Source of the DNA: Vairimorpha necatrix
Taxonomy: Eukaryota
Direction of reading: 5' to 3'
DNA length: 64,000 bases
NCBI GenBank assembly: GCA_036630325.1
Contig: CP142733.1
Location: 434,001-498,000 of the forward strand
In this document: in pieces, positions 23,291-33,616 of the stretch
How positions within the stretch are numbered: position 1 is the stretch's first letter
How the letters are laid out: every line of letters starts with the position of its first letter
Made by a program: the position numbers and the translations under genes
Notes under the pieces: model-generated
What the model was told of the DNA's origin: nothing
The model's input: only the letters and a program-made list of their open reading frames with translations
Databases searched by the model: none

Positions 23291-24580
23291 CTAATTTTTT
23301 ATTTTTTTAATCAAATTTAAATCTACTATAACTTCATTTCCTTCTAAATTTAACTTTACTCGATTGTTAGATAAAATTTCTATTACTATAGACTCTTTAT
23401 GATAGAAAGATTCAAGTTTTTTTTTCTTAGTTTTTTTATTATTATCAAAATCTTTTTTCAATAAAACAGTATCACCTACTTCAAAATCATAAATAGAATT
23501 GTGTACCGCGCGTCTATCCATTCGTGCAAAGTATTTTTTTTGGTAACTCGAAAATACACAGTCTTCTTTAGATTTTTCTTCCTTTTTAACACAATCGATT
23601 TCATTATCAACAGACACATAACATATTTCTCTATCTAACTCTAAAGACACTTTATTCTCAGGTTCTAAATTTTTACGAACTACTGTGTTGTAACCAGCTC
23701 TGTTAAACATTTTCTCAAATGGAGTAAAAGAAGTCGCAGAATGAACTGCTTGATTATAAACACTAGTAACCTTTTTTAGACAATCAATCCACCTTTCACT
23801 TCGTTCTGATGTTTCTTCGTCCATTAATTTTTTTGATAATAACCTTGTGATTGTTTGGTTAAACCGTTCCACCTGACCCTGTGTCTGTGGATGTCTAGGT
23901 CTCCCGTTTATTAGAAGGATTTTATATTTTGATGCAAGATCATACATCAATTTGTTCCTAAACTCCTTACCATTATCACTTTGAATGATCCCAGGTACAC
24001 CATAATGTTCAAATAAATCCTCCAAACACTCTATAACACACTCAGCTGTCTTACCTTTTAATGGATATGTTCTGGCAAATTTTAAATATACATCCAAAAT
24101 AGATAATATCCAGCAATACCCATCGTTAAACTCCTTGTATGATCTCATATCAATAAGATCTATCATTAGGCGTTCCCATGGAAATTCTGCTGTAATATGT
24201 TTCATTTTTTCCTTTGTCTTCAAAGGCTGACATTGAGCGCAAATTTTACATTCACGTACAACATCACGTATCAATTCCCTTGGGATTGAAAAATATAAAC
24301 ATTTACTTTTTAGGTATAGGGCATTCTGACCTAAATGCCCATCTACGTGAAGTTTTTGCATTTCTAACTTCATCGCACAAATATCCGTTTGTGCAAAAAC
24401 CTTTAAATGTAGATTGTCGATACCTCTTAAGTAAAGATGATTATCTACAATTGTAAAGTGTTCAGCCTTTTTCCTTAATCTCGCCAAAGAAAACCTCGAA
24501 ATATCTTTTACGACTTTGTTTTCTACAATAATATCTAGAATATTTTTATATTCTTCCGAGTTTTTCACAGGTAAGACCAT
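23291..24580 (-). CDS. Ginger2/TDD-type DDE integrase/transposase, intact, 429 aa
   Basis: HVDGHLG..CKIC zinc motif, LMIDLID, QSDNGKEF, HPQTQGQVERFN and C-terminal FEVGDTVLL. Confidence 0.93.
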   Translation of the reverse strand: MVLPVKNSEEYKNILDIIVENKVVKDISRFSLARLRKKAEHFTIVDNHLYLRGIDNLHLKVFAQTDICAMKLEMQKLHVDGHLGQNALYLKSKCLYFSIPRELIRDVVRECKICAQCQPLKTKEKMKHITAEFPWERLMIDLIDMRSYKEFNDGYCWILSILDVYLKFARTYPLKGKTAECVIECLEDLFEHYGVPGIIQSDNGKEFRNKLMYDLASKYKILLINGRPRHPQTQGQVERFNQTITRLLSKKLMDEETSERSERWIDCLKKVTSVYNQAVHSATSFTPFEKMFNRAGYNTVVRKNLEPENKVSLELDREICYVSVDNEIDCVKKEEKSKEDCVFSSYQKKYFARMDRRAVHNSIYDFEVGDTVLLKKDFDNNKKTKKKKLESFYHKESIVIEILSNNRVKLNLEGNEVIVDLNLIKKIKN

Positions 24581-24654
24581 TTGAGGGATGTTATGAAATA
24601 TTTTTTAAAATGGTGTTGTTTTTAACTTATTTATATTTTTAAGGTTTTTTTATA

Positions 24655-24740
24655 ACTGAGTTTAGCTCAGCGGTCAGAAATTCCGAAACGAACTGGTCAA
24701 ATTTTAAGAGGAAGGGTTCGATCCCGCGCGAGCCATTTTT
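24655..24740 (+). promoter_or_regulatory. tRNA-like Pol III type-2 cassette (A box, B box, T5) inside the Ginger2 end
   Basis: TAGCTCAGCGGT at 24663, GGTTCGATCCC at 24715 and TTTTT at 24736. It does not fold into a full cloverleaf by eye. Confidence 0.5.
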
Positions 24741-25942
24741 CATAAGCACCCTTAAAAAAATGAAAAATGGCTCAAAAAGCGGGAATTGGGCCGTGTGCGG
24801 GCTGGGCGCACGTGCGCCCCGCGCGCGCGACATTTATTATTTATAGTAAATATTTTACAGTAGATACTTTGGGTAAGTATCTACAATAAAGTAATTACAG
24901 GATAATCTCAGTAACTAGATTATCATCCTGTAACAATCACATATACCACATTATTTAATTTAATTTTCCCTCCAAATGAATTTTCTAGAAAATATTTTAC
25001 TATAAATATTTTCTTTTTATTTGACCCCTACCTTTAAAATGAAAACAAAAAGAGAAAACAAGGAGTCTCTCAGAGTAAACAATAAAACTAAATACAATCA
25101 TAAAACATTATATTGCAGGTAGGTGCACTGCCGAGTGCTATTTACAAATAGGCCGCCTCCCTGGTGGTAACACCACAATGAGCTCAAAATTTGTGAATGA
25201 AAAGCTTAGAGCAAATGAAGAAAAACAGAATTATGAGAGCCGTACGATCGATAGCGGAGAATTTGTGCTGTTCGATATAAAGATCAAAGGAACTACAGTT
25301 GTAATCAAAGAAAAAAAAGAAAATTAGAAATATTAAGAGAGATTGCAAATTAAAGCATCTCAGGAATTTGAAGCGTTAGCACAGGCCAATGAGTGGAGCG
25401 ACGAACAGACGGGAATCATTTACCATTCTGTTAATGAAGATGGAAGGCTCGAACATAATTATTGAGCACTAGTTATAACACCTTAAGGGTTAAACTTTTA
25501 AAATCATACATTCAAGGAACGATGTCACATTATTGATGACAAAATCAGAAACAATTGAACAGATTGATTTTGAGAGGATTATAGAGTATTATGAAGAGAT
25601 TATAAGAATTATTGAAATCTATGGAATGATTATGGAACTAAGCAAGAAAGAGTTTAATGTCAGACTATATGAGGCATTTAACAGAGGATTGGGCCATTGC
25701 ACGACAATAGAGCTATTGAGGAAAGGTCTTGACAACTACTTTAAAGTTGATCTGGTAAAGTACCTACAATAATTAGAGAAAGTATTAGTTGCAGGGAACT
25801 CTCGCACAAACACGTTTAACCCCCCAGTGAGAGACGTACAATAAAACAAAAAATTCCCCAAGAAACGGGCAGATATTTGAAAACGAATAAATAATGTCTG
25901 TGTACCTGGCCAGATCCCACGATACGAGAGATTGTTACTTAA

Positions 25943-28708
25943 CCCTTCTTTGCATGATTTTTGCTATTTTTTTAAAATAAATCAGGGCTATGTAATTAAT
26001 GATCTAGATTAAAGGAAAAATATTAAAAAAAATCCTTATGTAAATAAAAATATGTAATTTGTAAAAAACAATTTGATAAAATTTACATCATCATGCATTG
26101 TCACATATTTAGCTCAGTACTAAATAAATAAAAAAATATTGTTTACTCAATTGTGGTATTATGACCACATAACATCTCTATTTCTTATAGGATGAATTTT
26201 ACAATTTTAATTATTTTCCCTCCTTCTTATTTTTAAAATATTTTATTTTAAACCCCACAAAAAAAGGAAATGGAATCCAAGGAGAAACAACTAAATAAAA
26301 ATAATTACAATAAACAATATAAAAGCCTGCCAGGGACAGACGGGCAAACATTTAGTTCTTTAGAATATTACTTTAGAACAAGCCGCATCCCTGTGCAGCA
26401 CGCCATCAATCTTCTTTATTCTTTATGATAATTTAAAAAACAATTATTATTTTTATTTAGGCACAAATTGACGCCACATTTGCTACACGAAATTGTGGAA
26501 TAGCCTTTACAGTTGGCAAATTTGCACCGGAGTAACCCACCTACTGTTGGCCAATGTTCAGCACCATCTTTTCTTATTCTTTTGGAGGTGGTGGTGCTGG
26601 AGAACCCTTTCTTTTTTTTGTTAGTAATTTCTCTTCTAGTAAACTGGTACTGGGAAGACATCTTTTAGCGTCTTTGGTGGGTCCTCTGTTGCATAGCACA
26701 AAAGCCAATTCATTTCTGAATTGGCCCATTGTAAGTAGACTCTTTTTGGGTTCACCTCTTTCTTGAGCATTTTTTTTCCATAAAATTTAAGAGTTTATAA
26801 TAGCTAGATCAAATAAATGATAAAATATACGTAAGTACCACTTTTTAGACCTTATTGTTATATGATTTCTGCCCAAAAAGCTATCCACAAGATCTACTCC
26901 TCCCATATGTTTATTGTACTCTTGGACAATAAACGGGCAAGTAATACTAATTTTTCCTTTTATTGACCTGTCATATCTATTGACTTTAGTTACAGGCAAT
27001 TCCCCAGCATAAGAAGATAGCAGGGTTACTATTTTATTATCTTTCCAAGCCACACAACTCAAAGCTATACCATCATGCACAGACACTCTTTCCTCAAAAC
27101 CACCTCTGGGCACAGATTTTTTCATGAAGTTTTTCTTCTCGGGAAGTTTATTATTTGGGATCCTGTTTTGTTGCACAGTTCACACTGTGTAAATGCCTGA
27201 TTTAGCTAAAAAACTACCAATGGCAAAGATGTATAAAAATTATCAAAGTATATGATATGGTTTTGCTTTCTTGGCACTCCTCGAAGTAAAAGAACTACAG
27301 CGTTTACTGTTGCACCAAGATCTGGTTCATCTGTGAGCTTTTCTGTATTCTCTTGTCCAGAATATACCTCAAACTTGTGGGCATATCCCTTCAAATCACA
27401 GAGAACATATTATTTGAAGCCCCATTTATGTGGCTTATTAGGCAGATATTGTTTTAAAAAATGCCCTATTTTCGTAGAACACATCTGTTCATCCGCAGAA
27501 AGTCTTTGATCCATTGGCACTGTGGCAAACCTCTCATTGAGATGCTTGATAACAGGGCGGATTTTATAAAGCCTGTCATGTTCTGGATGACCTATAGGTT
27601 TGTGAAGATCATTGTTATAAAAATGTAACGATAACTTTATTTTTTCAAACTTGTTCAGTGGCATTGTTGAATAAATCGGCTCATAACAAAACTTTGGCGA
27701 CCAGTATTAACTTGTGCTTGGAAATTTGATTACTGACATGTACAATAATATACCTAAGAACTTATACAAATCACATTCTGTAACTGTTATAGATGAACTG
27801 GGATTACTCTGTATTATGTATAAATTTGTTTCCGCTACTAATGTTTTTATAAAATCTTCAGTGATAAAATAGTTAAAACATTGATATGGAGTTTCTAGGT
27901 GTGATAGACCACCTGAAGCAGTAGAACTCCCCAAGAAAGTAATTTTATCTTCGTCATACACCAGATTCCTTTTTTTCCAAATCAAGCTTCTTTTGTCAAA
28001 TAGAAAACTGGATGAAGACTGCAAATTGGATGAAGTTGATGGGTGAACGGGTTCTTGATCTTCTGTTTCTACAAGAGGAGGATCAATGTCACAAGTTTCA
28101 TCCACATCATCATCATCATCGTCGTTCTTCTGCAACACTCTTATAACTTCAACAGTATCGCGGTTTTCTTCATCGGAATCTTGGTCATCGAGGTCATTTT
28201 TTGAGAGCCAACCGCCTTGTAACTTATTAAGATAATCTTCAATATCTCTTTCATTCAAGTTTCCCTAAAAAAAACAACATAAAATAAACATTTACAAAAA
28301 AATCTTTGCCATACATTACAAGTGAAATTATTGCATAGAGATGTAAATTTCCATCACATAGTTTTGGAAAATTTATTCACAGTGTTTTGATATAAATTGT
28401 ACATAAAACAACAAAACATGAAAACAAACCTTATTTCCACTTTTACTGTATTTTATATATCCGTTTATTTCCATAAAACAAACTAAAATCTCGCTCCTTT
28501 TTTCCAGTCACAACAAACAGCGGAATGACAAGTTCTAGGCCTGGTAATATCAGTGACGTTTGTTTTTTTTTTGACAAATGCGTTTTGTTGTACGCAATAG
28601 TCGCCTAAAATGTTGCCAGAAACAACAAATTTACAGTACAAGGGGGTTGAGTACCTTTTTTTTGACTAAATATTATGATGGAAATTTCCATCACCATGCA
28701 AAGAAGGG
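25943..28708 (-). mobile_element. piggyBac transposon, full length, decayed transposase
   Basis: TTAA on both sides (25939-25942 and 28709-28712). 14-bp TIR CCCTTCTTTGCATG. Motifs SADEQM, PNKPHKWGFK, YFDNFYTS, YNKHMGGVD and a C-terminal Cys-rich domain. Confidence 0.95.
26416..28474 (-). pseudogene. piggyBac transposase pseudogene with a putative intron at 28265-28429
   Basis: Five ORF pieces in the correct order. A 45-nt first exon (ATG at 28474) splices in frame to GGA AAC TTG at 28264. Confidence 0.8.
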
Positions 28709-29869
28709 TTAAAAAAGGTAGAACAAGAAAAGAAGGAAAGAAAATCCTTTTGGTATATATAATTCAAGACGAACCGCTTCAAGAAGTCAACAAATAGCAG
28801 GAGAAATAGGAGGTAATAAGGAAATTTTTATGTCGGATAATGGCCCGATATAAACTTTGTGTTAGAAGATCTAGCCAAGAAGTTAGGATTGAAACAAGAA
28901 GAAACGACACCGATTAGGGTCTCTTTTGGAAACAGTGACGAGGAAGTTTCTATAAAAGTCGAAGAGAAATAGTAAGAATCGGAGAAAATGATTATCCCAT
29001 TGAATTTTGTGTTCTTAAGCGGTTACCCGTCAACTTTATACTGGGTCTACATCTTTTTGAAAATAATAAGTGCAAAATCGTTTTCTCGCGGAAACCCCGA
29101 ACCATAAACGATAAGTTGGTAATGTTGATGGGCTGCGAAAAAACTACTGACGGATTACTAGACGATGTCTTGATGATAAGATCTGCCTTGTCATGAAAGC
29201 GAAGGAAAAGTTAATAAAAATTAAGGATTACATGGTTATGAATATTAGTTTTAAAATATGAAAGCGGAACCCGCAACGTTTAGTATTAAAAACACTATTA
29301 AAGTTTTTCAATCGTATTGATATGGTGTTCCACATAAATTTTATGAACAAGGGGAAGCAGAGGTCTCAAGACAACAGAAAGAGGACAAATTGTGATAAGT
29401 AGCTCACAATTTTACAAGCCTTCATTCTTTTTAAAGAAAAAATAATGACCTTAGATTGGTCTTAGATTAAAAAAAATAAACGAATACATCAAAGATTACC
29501 CTTATATTACCCAAGATAAAGGATTGCTTGCAAATAATGGGAGAAAACATGTATTTTAGTCAATTAGGACCTAAAAAATGGGGGTTATCAGATACAAATA
29601 AGCGAGGAAAGTAAAAAATTTACCTCATTTATGTATTGAACGTCAATACCGATACAGAAGAATCTATTCGGCATAAAACCAGGTTCTTAAGATGTTTCAA
29701 AGATACATTCAAATATTTTTTACGATGTACCTAACTGCTTCGTCTACATCGACGACATAGTCGTATATACCCAAACCAAGAAAGGTCATATTAAAATCTT
29801 AAACTCCGTTTAGATAAACTACTCGAAAAGACCGTTAAAATTAATTATGAAAAGTCTAAAATGATATCC

Positions 29870-31021
29870 CAAATAACAAAAAATTATATTTTTAAAATAT
29901 TTCCCTCCAAATTTCTTCGGTTTTCCTTCCTAGAAGTATTTAAATATTTAATCCTTAAAAGGTTACGATAATGAGGACGAGAGAAACAACAAGTAACCAA
30001 TATAATTAAGCAGTAATATTTTAGACATGTTTTACAGTGGTGGATACCACAAGTTAAATTTAACGAAGATGTATTCTAAGCTTAAAAAAGGGATAAAGAC
30101 TGAAAAGGACAAAGAAATGATCAGCTTTGAAAATAAATTCAAAGGGCTAAAAGAGCCAATTATTAGGCAGTTAGAAATAGTAAAAAGCAAGAACAAACTA
30201 ACATGTTAGAGTGGTTTAGCTAATTTGAAGACCTTAGCATTAAACTAGAATGGAACGAAGAAGAGAGCCTTTTAGTATTGCAGAATGTAATTCAAGTCAA
30301 GGAGTGCGAAGGAAGAAGCGGCGACAAGACTTACGCAGAACTTAGAGACGAGATACTGAATAAAGCGTACCCTATCATCTATTCTCAAATCTAATTATTA
30401 GATTACTGGAAATTAAACAATATAGGTACGACATGATAGAAGAAATGTTCGCGGACATTCACGCTAAACTAGAAGTGGCTTCATATATAGAAAAGTACAC
30501 CAAGAATGAGTATGAAAGCAGATTTAACGAAGTATGCTTAAATGCACCCTCAGAGTCCATTAAAGATTACGTTATAGATCCGGAGTTAAAAATATCAACA
30601 ACATAATTAACTTACTAATAAGTCTCGAGAAGGAACTAGTAGTTGGAATAAAGAATGATTTAGATCTTGCCAGATGTAACCAAAACGAATTCAGAGAGCT
30701 CATACAGAGAAATGAACCGATGGTGTAGTGTGCATAAGTCTAGAACGCATAACACCAGGGATTATTTTAGTATGAACAAAAGGAGCTATTACATTGCCCC
30801 GCAGTGCCAAGGCAGAAGAAATTAAATCGAATAAAGATGTTAAGTTGCCGCATTGCAAAGTTATACAAAAAAACAATCGGAGTATTAAACAGTAAAACTC
30901 CAATTTTCATCAATGACCAGATGGTAATCGCCATCTTAGATACAAAATGCACCAAAAATCTCATAAGTGCAAAAAGGGTAAATCAACTAGGAATTATTTT
31001 AAAAAAATATAGAGAAATAAG
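29870..31021 (+). mobile_element. 5' fragment of a further gypsy element (gag + protease), truncated
   Basis: Second gag-like remnant with a WC..H....HN...C-type motif near 30720, and protease IAILDTKCTKNLIS. It begins abruptly within the scaffold element's RT. Confidence 0.6.
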
Positions 31022-32114
31022 GATGCTTCTTTGGTATTCGATCGGACCCAAAGACCCCCCCCCTTGTAATGGAAAAAAATGAAAAAAATATTGAAAAAAT
31101 AGGAAAAAATACTAGAAATATATTTTATTCAGAAAATTAGATAATAAAGATAACAACCATAAACCTCATTTAAACCGTCACTTTTACAATAAAATTTTCT
31201 AAACATAAATTCAATAAGCCAAGTATCAAATCTGTACGCTTAACTCTATGTTCCTTGGTCATTTCAGATTTTACCTGCGACCAAATGTTCTCAATATTGT
31301 TGCTATGAGTTTCATCGGGAGATCTAAAACCTAAAAAATGATTTACAACTTTATGCTCGAGACAAAGATTTCGAGCCACACTTGGATAACTTGAATGACC
31401 ATCACTATGTAAAATTGAACCGATACCTAATTTACTTTTTAAAGCCTCTGTTAAACACTCGACGGTTCTTTCTCAACCCTTGTAATGTAAAAGTTTGTGG
31501 GATTATCGGCCTCTACTATCCCTAATATCCAAACAGTGTCAGGTATTGAATCGTCAGAGTGTTGGATATCTTATTTTACATCTTCTACAGATGACAGACT
31601 CATCAACTTGGACAATTTTACCTGGTCCACCAATAATTAGACTTTTAGACATTCTATTTTTAAAAATTTGTCTAAGTCGTTTTTTGCATTGGCTACTGTT
31701 AATGACGAAACTCCCAATTTTGCTTCTAAAGTAAAATAGCTACTTCTACATAGAATTAAAAATATTAATTCGCAGTAGTTATTCAAATTCAACTTGCTTA
31801 CTTTATTTAATGATACCTTTGCACTTATAGTCTGTGCACCTGTATACCACTCTTTTAATTCCTCTTTCATTAAATATCAGTAATTTTGCAACCTCACTGC
31901 ATTTATATAAATATTTTTTGTTCAGAAATCACTTCTAACTTAATTAATGAGTTCAAACAATCGTCAGTACCGTAGAAAAGGCTCTGTATTGGCTTGATTT
32001 TCATTTTCGTGCTTTTCTTCGGTATTCGATCAGAAATTTCAAAATCTGAATTTTTCATTTTTAGGTGTCGGAATTTTTTTAAAAAAATCTCCGATCGAAT
32101 GCCAAAGAAGCGCC
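31022..32114 (-). mobile_element. Merlin transposon, decayed, no TSD
   Basis: TIR G(A/G)(T/C)GCTTCTTTGG(T/C)ATTCGATCGGA. Remnants IIGGPGKIVQVDESVIC, HSDGHSSYP, VVNH and HSNNIENIWS. Confidence 0.85.
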
Positions 32115-33208
32115 AGATTATTCATATTAAGGGAGAAGAGAACATATTGCCGATATACTATCGCGATGCTTATATGCCTAAAATTCAGATAATTAAGTCC
32201 AGATACAATGAATTGATAGATAAATGTGCAATTAGAGCTCATAACGGAAGGTTTAAATTCGATAAACAAAACAAAACAATTATAAAAAAATTGAATACAG
32301 ATATGTGATAGAACAAATCCATAAAATATCTGGACATAAATGAATAACTATCTTGTATAACAACATTAAAAGCCATCTCAAGATAAGGAACTTATTCAAA
32401 TTCATAACTAAAATAACCAGTACTTGCGATGTGCTACAGACTAAAAATTAGCAGGTATAAGCATAACGTCAAGAATAAAATCATATCAGAAAGTAAGTTT
32501 GAAAGAATTTCAATTAACATTTTTGGTACATTTAAAGTCTTGGAGTTTCAAAACGACTATGTGAAAGAGATAGGGAATAGATTGTCAATAACAGACATAA
32601 ATTCAGGATTTACTAGGTTATACTTAGAAAGTTTTATATCATGTGATGTGATTCAAGCAATACAGAATTGGGCAAAAGAATATAGACCACCAAAGTATAT
32701 AATTTCCGACAATGAAAACAATTTGATAACATGCTTGTTACTGAATACTGCCAAGAAAATAATAAAAGACAAATACTTGTTCCGGGGTATACTCCAAGTA
32801 GTAATGGAGTCTCCAAACGATTTAATAGAACAATAGCCATTACCATGGCTTTAAATGAAGGAAAACACATATCCAAGGTAGTTAAAAGAGCGAATTATGT
32901 CCTAAATATTAATTATAACCGAACAATAGGTACATCACCAATGAACGTGATCTTAGGAACAACTTTTTAAGAAAGATATTTTAAAAAGGTTATTGAATTA
33001 AAATTGAAACACAAAGCGTTCGATAAAAAATTTACTTAAGATGACCTAGCATATAAGGTTAATTTCAATGCCAATAAGTTGGACCCTTAATTTGAATTAG
33101 AACCTCGAAGGATATTGGAAGTGGGGAGTAAAGGATTCTAAAAAAGACTTTCTGGTGATTATGGATGAACACATATTAAAAACGTCAAATCTGCAGGAGA
33201 AGGTAGTA

Positions 33209-33449
33209 TGTAGTATGTATTACCACATTATTTTGTTTTTATTTCATTTTCCTTTTAAATGAATTTTCTAGAAAATATTTTACTATAAATATTTTCTTAT
33301 TATTTGACGCCCACTTTTAGAATGAAAACAAGGAGTCTCTCAGAGTAAACAATAAAAATAATTATAATAACAATCAACATTATTTTGCAGGAAGGAGCAC
33401 CATCGAGTGCTATTTACAAACAGGCCGCCTCCTTGGAGGCAACACCACA
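33209..33449 (+). repeat. gypsy 3' LTR
   Basis: TGT...CCACA after a PPT, colinear with 24941-25177. Confidence 0.85.
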
Positions 33450-33616
33450 ATTATAAATAAACTATATAAAATTTATATGGGGTTTTTAAAATTAATTTTT
33501 TTTTGTCACATATAACGTTAATATGTTAAAAGTCATAAAAAATTTATGAAAACAATTTATTTTTTCGTTCATTGAACGGTTGCAATAAATAAAATATAAC
33601 TCCTAATAAAAATTTA

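Larger units (their letters stand above)
23016..24832 (-). mobile_element. Ginger2/TDD-like DNA transposon (gypsy-type integrase, TIRs, no RT)
   Basis: TGTC..GACA ends with 39-bp GC-rich TIRs (4 mismatches). 5-bp TSD TTTAT, confirmed by comparison with the uninterrupted sister LTR. Single intact integrase ORF. Confidence 0.9.
19045..24935 (-). mobile_element. full-length gypsy element with identical 160-bp LTRs, TSD ATCAC
   Basis: LTRs at 19045-19204 and 22954-24935 (the latter split by Ginger2). TSD at 19040-19044 and 24936-24940. PBS TGGCGACAAC (tRNA-Ser-like). PPT AAAGAAAGGGAGTA. Confidence 0.95.
19027..33449 (+). mobile_element. old gypsy element serving as scaffold for nested insertions
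   Basis: Split 5' LTR (~19027-19044 plus 24941-25177) resembles the 3' LTR at 33209-33449. Gag 25178-25942, PR/RT remnants 28713-29870, integrase 32115-33200, PPT AGGAGAAGGTAGTA. The left boundary is approximate and no TSD was found. Confidence 0.72.

Noticed and set aside
24655-24740. Functional tRNA gene
   Set aside because: The acceptor and T stems do not pair properly and no clear anticodon arm is present. It is kept only as a tRNA-like Pol III cassette.
31025-32111. Apparent inverted target-site duplication GCTTCTTT/AAAGAAGC
   Set aside because: These bases are part of the TIR, which extends to GGCGCTTCTTTGG as in the related Merlin at 12422.
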